64,000 nucleotides of DNA from Candidatus Shapirobacteria bacterium (lineage in GTDB: Bacteria; Patescibacteriota; Microgenomatia; UBA12405): contig JBAZZE010000001.1 in assembly GCA_041658955.1 (NCBI GenBank), positions 16,676 to 80,675 on the forward strand, given 5' to 3'. Of this stretch, positions 30,019-38,973 are shown piece by piece. The notes beneath the pieces are model-generated. The model did not search any database. It was given only the letters and a program-made list of their open reading frames with translations, and was not told the DNA's origin. The first letter of the stretch is position 1. Each line of letters starts with the position of its first letter. A program made the translations under genes and the position numbers.

Positions 30019-30666
30019 TTGATATCATATGATATGAAAAAGAAAAGACTTATAACATCGAGTTCTAGAGATTATCAGGAACTTTACTCGTATTTACATG
30101 ATAACTATAAAGACACGAAGCTTGACTCATTATCTAAAGTATTTTTGTCCATGTTTATTGTTTCTACTGCTGTTATTTCGCTTTTCTTACTACCTGGAAA
30201 TAATAGATTATTTTCCTCAATATTGTTTCCGACTAGCACCACATTAAACGATATATCGAAGATATCAAAGTTGGAGGATTCCGTGAAAAAACTTAGTACT
30301 GCGGTTGAATCAATTAACAACAATTTAATAAAAGACCCAACAAATACAGATCTAAAAAAAATTAGCATTAGAATGTCAGGATTAGAATCGTCACAAGAAG
30401 CACTTACTGAGACGATTCTAGAAAACCCAGATAAGGCACTAACATCAAAGCTGATCAGAGAAAAACAGATAATGGTTGAAAATGGAGTCGCAGAGATAAA
30501 GTCAAATTTGTCAAAACTAAACGACCGACTAGATAATATCGTTACAGCGTTAGTAGCTATTCCTCTTGGCGGATTTGTTTTATCTTTGGTTAGTACACTA
30601 ATATATTTTTTAATAAACAAAGGCAAAACTCATTCAGCTAAAAACAAAATATTAAAGAAAAGGTAA
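30019..30666 (+). CDS. 2-TM coiled-coil membrane protein
   Basis: Hydropathy pattern. Confidence 0.6.
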   Translation: MISYDMKKKRLITSSSRDYQELYSYLHDNYKDTKLDSLSKVFLSMFIVSTAVISLFLLPGNNRLFSSILFPTSTTLNDISKISKLEDSVKKLSTAVESINNNLIKDPTNTDLKKISIRMSGLESSQEALTETILENPDKALTSKLIREKQIMVENGVAEIKSNLSKLNDRLDNIVTALVAIPLGGFVLSLVSTLIYFLINKGKTHSAKNKILKKR

Positions 30667-30936
30667 GCCAAGACATAGGGTGCTATTTTTAGTCTCGTCA
30701 CGACTTAAAAGTCGATCCAGAATTTACTTTCTTGATCCTTTTACCTAAATACTCATTCAATAGGGTTGTAATAGGGTATTTACGGTGCTTGCAGACCACC
30801 CCATACTTTTTAGGCACAAAGTCACTGCAAGCCTCCTGATTTCCAGCCACCGTTGTTTCATTTCTCCAAAGTATTTTAGCTCTGTTGGCCCATCAATAAT
30901 TGCCTGATAATTCGAGGTTGTGTTAATCGAATGATT

Positions 30937-31062
30937 GGGGAGCATATTAAAAAAGTCCGCCAAAAAATGACGGATTTTTTAATATATTCTTCCAAAAGTT
31001 CCAACTCACTTTAGTAAGGGGAGTTTATCCGCCGTGGCGGAAATCCTCTGGGGGGGTGAGCC
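30937..31062 (+). repeat. tRNA-Asn 3'-flank repeat, copy 2
   Basis: Near-identical to 25733-25852. Confidence 0.92.
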
Positions 31063-31119
31063 TACTATTCAGAAAACCTACAACCGTAGCCTTCTATCGT
31101 ATAATAAGCCAATAGTTAT

Positions 31120-32166
31120 ATGAATATAAAAAATTTTGTTGGTTTAAAATTTCTTCGTTGGGCCATTGGTCTCTTTTTTGCTTTAGGTGCACTTGTATAT
31201 ATCAAAGAGAGCATTATCACTTCCGCTAGTTTTTTTCTTTTGACAATTTTTACCCTGCCTCCTTTATCTGATATTCCATCTTCAATAATCAAAAGACCAA
31301 TTAATAAACCAATTAAATTAATAATTGGTTTTTTACTATTTCTCATAGCTGTCAAGTTCACTCCTCCGGTATCTGAATCAAAAAGTAGCACTACTCAAGA
31401 CTCGTCTTCCGCCATTGCACTCACATCTATTCCTACTATTACTTCCACCCTAACTACAATCCCATCAATATCACCTACCCCAACCACAAATCCTCATCTC
31501 GCCAGAATGGTCAGAGTAGTTGACGGCGATACAATAGTGGTTAAAATTAACAGCCAGGAAGAAACAGTCAGGTTAATTGGTATCGATACTCCGGAAGTAG
31601 TTGACCCCAGGAAACCAGTCCAATGTTTTGGAAAAGAAGCTTCAGAAAAGATCAAAGAATTAATTCAGGGTAAAAGCGTAATTCTAACTCCAGATCCTAC
31701 TCAGAATGATAAAGATAATTACGGTCGACTTTTAAGATATGTTTATCTTGAGGATAGTACTTTCATTAATAAAAAAATGATTGAAGAGGGTTATGCTTTT
31801 GAGTACACCTACAGTATTCCTTACAAATACCAGTTAGAGCTTAAAGAATCCCAAAGACAAGCAAAGACAAACAAACTCGGACTATGGGCTGACAACGCCT
31901 GTCCGACAAACACTCTAGTCCCTACCAAAAAACCCACTTCACTACCACAGTCGACCGCTGTCCCTCAAAAACCCTCATCATCAACGAATACTAATGTTGC
32001 ACCTGCAGACACTTCATCACCCGGTGGTTCTTGGGCTTGTGACTGTAGTAAAGCTTGTGGGGTGATGTCATCATGTGCTGAAGCTCAATATCAACTTAAT
32101 TCCTGCGGGTGTCAGGCAAGGGATGGGGATAAAGATGGAATAGCTTGCGATAGTGACTGTCAATGA
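31120..32166 (+). CDS. membrane-anchored thermonuclease (SNase) with Excalibur Ca-binding domain
   Basis: VVDGDTI, VRLIGIDTPE, DNYGRLLRYV, GLW, RDGDKDGIAC. Confidence 0.92.
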   Translation: MNIKNFVGLKFLRWAIGLFFALGALVYIKESIITSASFFLLTIFTLPPLSDIPSSIIKRPINKPIKLIIGFLLFLIAVKFTPPVSESKSSTTQDSSSAIALTSIPTITSTLTTIPSISPTPTTNPHLARMVRVVDGDTIVVKINSQEETVRLIGIDTPEVVDPRKPVQCFGKEASEKIKELIQGKSVILTPDPTQNDKDNYGRLLRYVYLEDSTFINKKMIEEGYAFEYTYSIPYKYQLELKESQRQAKTNKLGLWADNACPTNTLVPTKKPTSLPQSTAVPQKPSSSTNTNVAPADTSSPGGSWACDCSKACGVMSSCAEAQYQLNSCGCQARDGDKDGIACDSDCQ

Positions 32167-32204
32167 AAGACACAGTAATTGTGTTATCGTGACCGCACAC
32201 CACC

Positions 32205-32232
32205 TTCCAAATTTCTTCTAACGCTGGGAGCA
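32205..32232 (+). repeat. 28-bp att-like motif
   Basis: TTCCAAATTTCTTCTAACGCTGGGAGCA, 39 bp after the nuclease stop. Confidence 0.55.
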
Positions 32233-32333
32233 TTTGTACTACATACATATTAGGATAGAACGATTTTTGTACTTTTTAGCGGTAAATTGGTATAACAAAG
32301 TCTCGAGAAATTAGTGTTACCATATTTTAAAAT

Positions 32334-32750
32334 ATGGGCAAATTTAGAAAAGAGCCTCCAGTATTATCAACTAATATTGTAGGAAAAGTGGTAGCGACTG
32401 AAGAGGGAAATTTATTTAATGGTGAACCTATTCAGGTTGTTGATAAAGCTAGTATTCCCGTAGATATGGAAGAAGCTTTGCGTAAGAGTCAAGAATATGC
32501 TGAGGCGATTCGGTTGCTGTCTGCTAGATTAGGTGTTGATCCTTTAGATCCTGATGGTATTTTAGATCCTGATGAGTTTGAATTACCAATTTTTTATAAT
32601 TCTGTTGGCGATTCAGTAGTTATCAAAGACGGTGTGCAAAAAGTATTAGATGGGGTTTATGTACCTAAAGTTCATTCAGTCACGCAGTTACCAGTAATTA
32701 ATGGTGATTTGTTTGTTTACGTAAAAAAGGAAGTGGACTCAAAAGGTTAA
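32334..32750 (+). CDS. hypothetical protein
   Basis: 138-aa ORF. Confidence 0.6.
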   Translation: MGKFRKEPPVLSTNIVGKVVATEEGNLFNGEPIQVVDKASIPVDMEEALRKSQEYAEAIRLLSARLGVDPLDPDGILDPDEFELPIFYNSVGDSVVIKDGVQKVLDGVYVPKVHSVTQLPVINGDLFVYVKKEVDSKG

Positions 32751-32786
32751 AACATTTTTTAACTATACGATACATCCGGTAAAGTA

Positions 32787-32936
32787 GTAGGAAGATCGTT
32801 CCATAGTTCGAGCATATTAAAAAAGTCCGTCAAAAAATGACGGATTTTTTAATATCTTCTTCCAAAAGTTCCAACTCACTTTAGTGAGGGGAGTTCAGTC
32901 CGATCGTAGCATCGGACAATCTTCGAGGTGGAGCCA
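32787..32936 (+). repeat. 28-bp att-like motif fused to tRNA-Asn 3'-flank repeat, copy 3
   Basis: GTAGGAAGATCGTTCCATAGTTCGAGCA, then the repeat, ending AATCTTCGAGGTGGAGCCA. Confidence 0.9.
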
Positions 32937-32964
32937 GATATTTTTATCTTGATACAATGTTTAA

Positions 32965-33561
32965 ATGAGAAAAATTATTGCAGTTGAATTTATTACCCTT
33001 GATGGTGTGATGCAAGCTCCAGGTGACTCTAAAGAAGATGCAAGTGAAGGCTTCAAATATGGAGGTTGGATGGGTCCTCATTTTGATGAAGTTGGAGGAC
33101 AAGAAATGGATAAACAGATGAAAGCGACACGTGGATTACTCCTGGGTCGAAAAACATACAACATCTTTGCCGAATATTGGCCTAAGAACACTGAAAAAGG
33201 TTGGCCCCAAATAAACAAAATTCCAAAATACGTAGTTTCCAATACTTTAAAGAATCCAACCTGGGAAAATACTGTCGTATTAAAAAATATAGACGAACTA
33301 AAAAAACTAAAAAACTCTAGTGGGGAAGACCTGCAGGTATACGGAAGCAGCAATCTTCTTCAGACATTAATGAAACATGACCTGGTAGATGAGTTTTGGC
33401 TTAAAATATTTCCTATTACTCTTGGTACAGGTAAAAAACTTTTTGAAGAAGGAACAATTCCTACTTCTTTTACTTTGATTGAAAGTAAAATAACTCCTTC
33501 CGGGGTTATCTTTGCATCTTACAGACGTGCAGGAAAAGTCAAAACTAGCTCAATGTTGTGA
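32965..33561 (+). CDS. dihydrofolate reductase-like (RibD C-terminal) protein
   Basis: ITLDGVMQAPG, LLGRKTY, YGSSNL, LVDE, LGTGKKLF. Confidence 0.9.
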   Translation: MRKIIAVEFITLDGVMQAPGDSKEDASEGFKYGGWMGPHFDEVGGQEMDKQMKATRGLLLGRKTYNIFAEYWPKNTEKGWPQINKIPKYVVSNTLKNPTWENTVVLKNIDELKKLKNSSGEDLQVYGSSNLLQTLMKHDLVDEFWLKIFPITLGTGKKLFEEGTIPTSFTLIESKITPSGVIFASYRRAGKVKTSSML

Positions 33562-33600
33562 AATAAGTATTAATCTGGTCTATTGCGAAGCGTCCGGGGA

Positions 33601-33628
33601 GTTCTAAAATCGTACCACCTAGCGAGCA
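33601..33628 (+). repeat. 28-bp att-like motif
   Basis: GTTCTAAAATCGTACCACCTAGCGAGCA, 40 bp after the stop. Confidence 0.6.
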
Positions 33629-33698
33629 AATCAAAACAATGTGGTTCCGATAAGACATGATGATTGGAGACAATGGTCAAAAAGAGATATTATAAGGA

Positions 33699-34514
33699 AT
33701 GAACAAAATACCAAAAACCATAAAGCTTTATAATGGTGTGGAAATTCCCAGAATTGGTTTAGGAGTCTGGAAAATTGATAATTCCAAAGTAGATCAAGTA
33801 ATTTCATGGGCAATTGAAACTGGCTATCGTCATATCGATACCGCTTGCGCTTATAGAAACGAAAATGGCGTCGGTCTGGGTATCCGGCAAAGTAATTTAA
33901 ATCGGCAGGATATTTTTGTTACCACAAAACTTGCGATTCAAGATTTTTTTAAACCAGAAAAAGCCTTTTCTCAAAGTCTAGACAAATTAAAAACGGGTTA
34001 TATTGATTTATATTTGCTTCACTGGCCGTTTCTGAACTGGAAAAACGCTTGGAAATCATTGGAAAATATTTACAAAAACGGCCAAGCAAAAGCCATTGGC
34101 GTTAGTAATTTTAGTATTAAACAATTAGAGGAATTAAAAAAAATAGGCGGGATCAAACCAATGGTAAATCAAGTTGAATTGAGCCCTTTTTTATTTAGAG
34201 AAAAACTAATTGATTACTGTCAGTCAGAAAATATTGTTGTCGAGGCTTATAGTCCTCTCACCCGAGGAAAAAGAATCGATGACCAGACGTTAACTGAAAT
34301 AGCTAAAGGTTCCAGGAAGACTGTTGCTCAAATTATGATCCGTTGGGGATTGCAGCATAATTTAGTTGTCCTCCCTAAGTCGGAAACTAAAAGTCATATC
34401 CAGAGTAATTTTGATGTTTTTGATTTTGAAATAGATAAAAAAGACATGCAAAAATTGGACCTCCTCAATGAAAATTTCAGTGCCCTAATACCTGGCTGGA
34501 GTCGAAAGGACTGA
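33699..34514 (+). CDS. aldo/keto reductase
   Basis: GYRHIDTACAY, DLYLLHWP, AIGVSNF, LPKS. Confidence 0.93.
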   Translation: MNKIPKTIKLYNGVEIPRIGLGVWKIDNSKVDQVISWAIETGYRHIDTACAYRNENGVGLGIRQSNLNRQDIFVTTKLAIQDFFKPEKAFSQSLDKLKTGYIDLYLLHWPFLNWKNAWKSLENIYKNGQAKAIGVSNFSIKQLEELKKIGGIKPMVNQVELSPFLFREKLIDYCQSENIVVEAYSPLTRGKRIDDQTLTEIAKGSRKTVAQIMIRWGLQHNLVVLPKSETKSHIQSNFDVFDFEIDKKDMQKLDLLNENFSALIPGWSRKD

Positions 34515-34520
34515 TCACCA

Positions 34521-35012
34521 TCACTCCTCTTTTTCAGCAAAGTTCCAACTAGCTGGGTGGCAGATGATTTCTACTGATTCGATTTCAAATTTGAAGGCAT
34601 CAAACAACTTTTCAGCAATAGCGGCGTTTTGCGCCATATCAAGAATTCTAGACTCAGCGTCTTCTATTCTCATAGCCTCATCTTGTGCTGCCGAGTTTAC
34701 GAGAGACCTTTTAACATCGAGTTTCGCCCGTTCAAAAGCTTCTAATGGATTTACTGCATCATTGGTGGTTGTATGAGTCCCAAATTCGTTGTCATAAATA
34801 ATGACTTGAAAAATATATTGGTCTGGTTTGACTAATGTGCTCAATATTTCAGCTATTGGCTCGGCGATTAAGCTATCACTTGTTGGCACGGTCAGACTCA
34901 CACCATATAAGCCATCTTTTCGTTTCGGCATTAATGTTTTTATTTCCACGCCCATGTTCGCCAAGTCAGAATCTGGTTGATTTAGAGTGCTCCACAGTTC
35001 TTTGTTAACCAC
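34521..35012 (-). CDS. hypothetical protein
   Basis: 163-aa ORF. Confidence 0.55.
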   Translation of the reverse strand: MVNKELWSTLNQPDSDLANMGVEIKTLMPKRKDGLYGVSLTVPTSDSLIAEPIAEILSTLVKPDQYIFQVIIYDNEFGTHTTTNDAVNPLEAFERAKLDVKRSLVNSAAQDEAMRIEDAESRILDMAQNAAIAEKLFDAFKFEIESVEIICHPASWNFAEKEE

Positions 35013-35084
35013 ACCTGTATTCTACATGAACAACACAACCCAATAATTTTGAAGAGTAATCAGTAAAAAACTACACTTATATCT

Positions 35085-35112
35085 TTTCGAAAATCGTTCC
35101 AGAGTTCGGGTA
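35085..35112 (+). repeat. 28-bp att-like motif
   Basis: TTTCGAAAATCGTTCCAGAGTTCGGGTA. Confidence 0.55.
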
Positions 35113-35113
35113 T

Positions 35114-35644
35114 CTATTTTCTTTCCGTTCCCTTGTTGGAATCGGTGCAGTATACATTCAAATGAGGTACATCCTCACCGGGGTATTTACTCCAATCATA
35201 TTTACAAACCAAGTTGTCTTTGCGGTATCCAACTTTGTGACTATCATCGCCCTTGGATTCATTAAATTTCATGTATATAAAATTATTTTCTTTGAAATAA
35301 TTTTCAACTTTCTTTTCGTCTTCTGGTTTAGGGTCTGAATAGCTTATCAAATATGAATTCCCAAAAAATGTTTTGCGGGTTGAGACGGTGTCTCCTTCAC
35401 TCCAAAAGATGTCAGCCTTCACTGGCGCTAAGAAAGGTATCTTCGTATTTTTAGTCAGTTCTACTAGAAAAGTGTAGGTCAGGTCTGTAGGCACCGCGAC
35501 TACTTCTGCTGTCGGTGTGGATTCAACTGGTTTTTCTGTCTCTATAACTATTTCCTTTTTTACATTACATCCGGCTAGTAAAAATGCAGATATTATCACT
35601 GTTATTAATACAAGTTTATTTTTCATATACACATCATAGCTCAT
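35114..35644 (-). CDS. lipoprotein
   Basis: Lipobox LLAGC. Confidence 0.7.
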   Translation of the reverse strand: MSYDVYMKNKLVLITVIISAFLLAGCNVKKEIVIETEKPVESTPTAEVVAVPTDLTYTFLVELTKNTKIPFLAPVKADIFWSEGDTVSTRKTFFGNSYLISYSDPKPEDEKKVENYFKENNFIYMKFNESKGDDSHKVGYRKDNLVCKYDWSKYPGEDVPHLNVYCTDSNKGTERK

Positions 35645-35712
35645 TTACGCCCAGCGATTATGATTGACTCTAGCCCACTTGTGTATAATGTAACTGAACT
35701 TAAAAATAACAC

Positions 35713-36618
35713 ATGTTTCCCATTACGAACGAATCCCCACTAGCCAACGAGCCAGCCTTTGGACTCAAATCCCATGAAATGGTTTTGGGTGTAAAAGTTG
35801 TTCCTCTTGTATTTGGTATGGCCAGATTTTCTGCAACCGGCCCACAAAATCCAGAGACCGGACTTTTCCCAGCAAGTCATGTAAATGACGCAGCTGAACA
35901 GGCATTGCTTCACGATGCTATTGCGCAGGGATATAATTTTTTTGACACAGCCCAAGCTTATGGTGACTCCGAGTTCATGTTAGGTCGAGTGCTAAAAGAC
36001 TACTCTCGTAAAAATTTTATAGTTGCTACCAAAGTTGGAATTAGACCGGACCCGGATATTAGAGGTTCTATTAGGCAAAGTGTAGACAGGTTGGGCACAG
36101 TCCCCGATATTTTATTTGTCCATAATCGCTGGCAAGGCCAAATGGAACAAGAAATGGACAATTGTCTCGCCGCGTTGGACGAAGCAGTTGACCAGGGTTA
36201 TGCTCGAGAGATTGGCATCAGTAACTTTCAACCCCACGAGTTAGAGATGGCTATTAGTAAGCTAAGGCATAAACCACTTTTTTACCAAGCTAAACTAAAT
36301 TTAGTCAATCCCCGAAAAGATGCCACTGATACACTGGCTATCTGTGAAAAAAACGGAGTGACCTTCATGGCATCATCAGCTCTTGATAGGGGAGGTGTAA
36401 CCGGTGACACCCTGAATCCAGTCGTTTTAGATGTGGCTAAAAAATACAACATGTCTCCTGCTCAAGTCGCCATTTTTGCGGTTAGATCTTTAGGATCTTT
36501 ACCTCTTGTCCAAACACATAACCTTACTCACCTGAAAGAAAATCTTGACACGCTTTCCTTTTCCATGAAACAAACTGATATTGATAATTTAAAAAATATC
36601 TTGTTAAGAAAAGTTTGA
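35713..36618 (+). CDS. aldo/keto reductase
   Basis: FFDTAQAYG.SE, VATKVG, IGISNF. Confidence 0.88.
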   Translation: MFPITNESPLANEPAFGLKSHEMVLGVKVVPLVFGMARFSATGPQNPETGLFPASHVNDAAEQALLHDAIAQGYNFFDTAQAYGDSEFMLGRVLKDYSRKNFIVATKVGIRPDPDIRGSIRQSVDRLGTVPDILFVHNRWQGQMEQEMDNCLAALDEAVDQGYAREIGISNFQPHELEMAISKLRHKPLFYQAKLNLVNPRKDATDTLAICEKNGVTFMASSALDRGGVTGDTLNPVVLDVAKKYNMSPAQVAIFAVRSLGSLPLVQTHNLTHLKENLDTLSFSMKQTDIDNLKNILLRKV

Positions 36619-36679
36619 TCTTTCAGGTAAATATTGTGTTTTAAAATACTTTTAAAATCTAACTTGGTATAATATCTCA

Positions 36680-36985
36680 ATGACCAAAAACCCCCTGATC
36701 AATGCCCTAAGTGCTTCCGCCTATATTATTCTGGGTGTCACTATCATGTCTTTTGTGACAAAACCATTACAAAATAAACCCGATACTTTTTTTGCTCCGG
36801 TCGTATTCCTATCTCTTTTGACTCTATCAGTCGCCGTCATGGCATTTCTATTTTTCTACCAACCAATTGTTCTTTTAATCGATGGTAAGAAAAAACAAGC
36901 CGTCGACCATTTTTTTAAAACAGTCGGTATCTTTGCAGCCATCACTGGACTCTCTCTCGTCCTTCTTTTTTCCGGTCTGATTTAA
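36680..36985 (+). CDS. small 3-TM membrane protein
   Basis: Hydropathy pattern. Confidence 0.7.
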   Translation: MTKNPLINALSASAYIILGVTIMSFVTKPLQNKPDTFFAPVVFLSLLTLSVAVMAFLFFYQPIVLLIDGKKKQAVDHFFKTVGIFAAITGLSLVLLFSGLI

Positions 36986-37001
36986 TAAAGCCCACTAAGT
37001 T

Positions 37002-37280
37002 ATGTGTCGTAGTATCAAACCACTTTTCAATTTTGATCCACCAGCCACAACCGATGAGATCAACCATGCCTCGCAGCAGTTTGTCAAAAAAATTTCCGGA
37101 CTAAGTAAACCCTCAAAAATCAATGTAGAAGTTTTTGACAAAGCTGTCCTAGAAATTTCTAAAATATCTCAAGAACTTCTAGAAACTTTAGTAACCAATG
37201 CAAAGCCAAAGAATCGAGAAAAAGAAAGCCAAAAAGCCAAAGAAAAATCACTTAAGCGATTTGGAATTTCCTCAGCTTAA
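37002..37280 (+). CDS. DUF2277 protein
   Basis: MCRSIKPLFNFDPPAT..QFVKKISG. Confidence 0.85.
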   Translation: MCRSIKPLFNFDPPATTDEINHASQQFVKKISGLSKPSKINVEVFDKAVLEISKISQELLETLVTNAKPKNREKESQKAKEKSLKRFGISSA

Positions 37281-37330
37281 CTCATACTATATAAGTAGAC
37301 GATCCATTCAAAGGACTGTAAAATTGTTCT

Positions 37331-37942
37331 ATGAATAACCAAAAAGTCACTTGTAGTATAGCCATATCTGTTGATGGTTTTACCGCCGGACAAAATCAAA
37401 GTTTTGAAAAACCATTTGGCGACAACTTCGATGTCGATCTTCTCCGTCGCTGGATGTTTGTTGAGTCGGAAAAGAAAAATCACCAAAAAGAAATCGATGC
37501 TATTCTCGACGCCGGTGCCTTCATCATGGGAAGTAATATGTTTGGTCCAAAAGACCGCCGGGACACAGTTGAGTGGCGAGGTTGGTGGGGAGACGAGCCA
37601 CCATATCATGCTCCAGTTTTTGTACTATCTCACCAACCACGTGAATCATTTAATATGGCCGGTGGTACTTCTTTTACCTTTGTTACAGATGGTATAGAAT
37701 CTGCCCTGGCACAGGCCAAGAAAGCAGCAGGGGAGCGCAATGTGGCCATCTCAGGTGGTGCTAGTACTATCAATCAATTTTTATCCGCTGGCCTTATCGA
37801 TGAACTCTGGCTTCACATAGTCCCAGTAACTATCGGTGTTGGTACTAAGCTTTTTGAAGATGTCCCTCCATTAAAACTCGAGCCAATGGAAGTCAGTGGC
37901 AATGCTCTCGTTACCCACATCAGATATAAAATTCTTAAATAA
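37331..37942 (+). CDS. dihydrofolate reductase-like (RibD C-terminal) protein
   Basis: ISVDGF, GWWGDEPPYHAPVFVL, GGAS..LIDEL. Confidence 0.9.
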   Translation: MNNQKVTCSIAISVDGFTAGQNQSFEKPFGDNFDVDLLRRWMFVESEKKNHQKEIDAILDAGAFIMGSNMFGPKDRRDTVEWRGWWGDEPPYHAPVFVLSHQPRESFNMAGGTSFTFVTDGIESALAQAKKAAGERNVAISGGASTINQFLSAGLIDELWLHIVPVTIGVGTKLFEDVPPLKLEPMEVSGNALVTHIRYKILK

Positions 37943-37966
37943 TTTTTTAAAAATTAATCAAAAAAT

Positions 37967-38347
37967 ATGTCCAAATATGTCGATGGATTTGTCCTAGTCG
38001 TTCCCAGTAATAAAACCGAAGAGTACAAAAAAATAGCCGAGATCGGTCGTGATTCTTGGATGAAGCATGGCGCTCTTAACTATTTTGAATGTCGTGGTGA
38101 TGACATGAAACAGCAAGAAATGGGAGATGAAAAAACCCGATTTTTCCCCGAAATGGTCGGTGCTAGTAGTGAGGAAACTGTTTGGTTTTCTTTTATAACA
38201 TTTAAATCCAAAGCCCATCGCGATGAGGTTAACGCTTTGGTCATGGCAGAGATGGCACAGGAGATGAGCAAAATGAAAGACATGGAAATGCCAGTAAACA
38301 TGAACCGTATGGCTTACGGTGGTTTTGAGGTGGAAGTGGAAGGATAA
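37967..38347 (+). CDS. DUF1428 protein
   Basis: YVDGFVLVVP..HRDEVN..RMAYGGF. Confidence 0.88.
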   Translation: MSKYVDGFVLVVPSNKTEEYKKIAEIGRDSWMKHGALNYFECRGDDMKQQEMGDEKTRFFPEMVGASSEETVWFSFITFKSKAHRDEVNALVMAEMAQEMSKMKDMEMPVNMNRMAYGGFEVEVEG

Positions 38348-38374
38348 AGAACCAAAACAAGACTATAATTAGTA

Positions 38375-38944
38375 ATGAATATAACTCAAATTGATGTCTT
38401 AATTCATCCTGATTTTTATCAGATGAAAAATCCATCAATGCCTCTACATCAAATTCAAAAAGATCTGAGAAGCTTGTGGGATGAAAGAGTCAACGAGTTA
38501 AGGAATAGTGGAGATGGAGTATTGATATATTTTTCAAATATGCCAAAAGATGAGTTGGCAATGGGGATGAGGAATAAAAACTCGCTTGATAATGATATTA
38601 AACGAGGGGATATTGATAGAATAAAACGCTATCAAAGGGAGTTAGGTGACCGATTTATTTTATTTAGCGAGTTGGAGCAGCCAAGCGCAGAACAGTTAAA
38701 AGATATTTTTAGCAGCCGAGGATTTTCTTACGAACCAGATGAAACAAAACTGTGTCCATATGGTGAAGCGTTTGATGCTTGTGTCACTGCTTGGGGTTAT
38801 CACATCAAGACAGTTCTCCAAATTCCTAATTCTAATTATGATTTCTATACCGAAGGTATGTCTTTAACGTTTGAAGACACTAAAGTGATCGACAGCTGGA
38901 GGCGTGGGGTAGAAGGTGATCATAAACAAGTAAGAAGAAAATAA
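38375..38944 (+). CDS. hypothetical protein
   Basis: 189-aa ORF. Confidence 0.6.
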   Translation: MNITQIDVLIHPDFYQMKNPSMPLHQIQKDLRSLWDERVNELRNSGDGVLIYFSNMPKDELAMGMRNKNSLDNDIKRGDIDRIKRYQRELGDRFILFSELEQPSAEQLKDIFSSRGFSYEPDETKLCPYGEAFDACVTAWGYHIKTVLQIPNSNYDFYTEGMSLTFEDTKVIDSWRRGVEGDHKQVRRK

Positions 38945-38973
38945 ATAATTGCCACCCCTGCTAAAATCAACAT

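Noticed and set aside
30105-30626. 173-aa minus-strand ORF and the many other short overlapping ORFs in the track
   Set aside because: Antisense or out-of-frame shadows of better-supported genes, with no motifs.
25733-32936. CRISPR array or classical integron attC sites
   Set aside because: The repeats are ~120 bp and kilobases apart, with no cas genes. I see no RYYYAAC..GTTRRRY hairpins and no intI.
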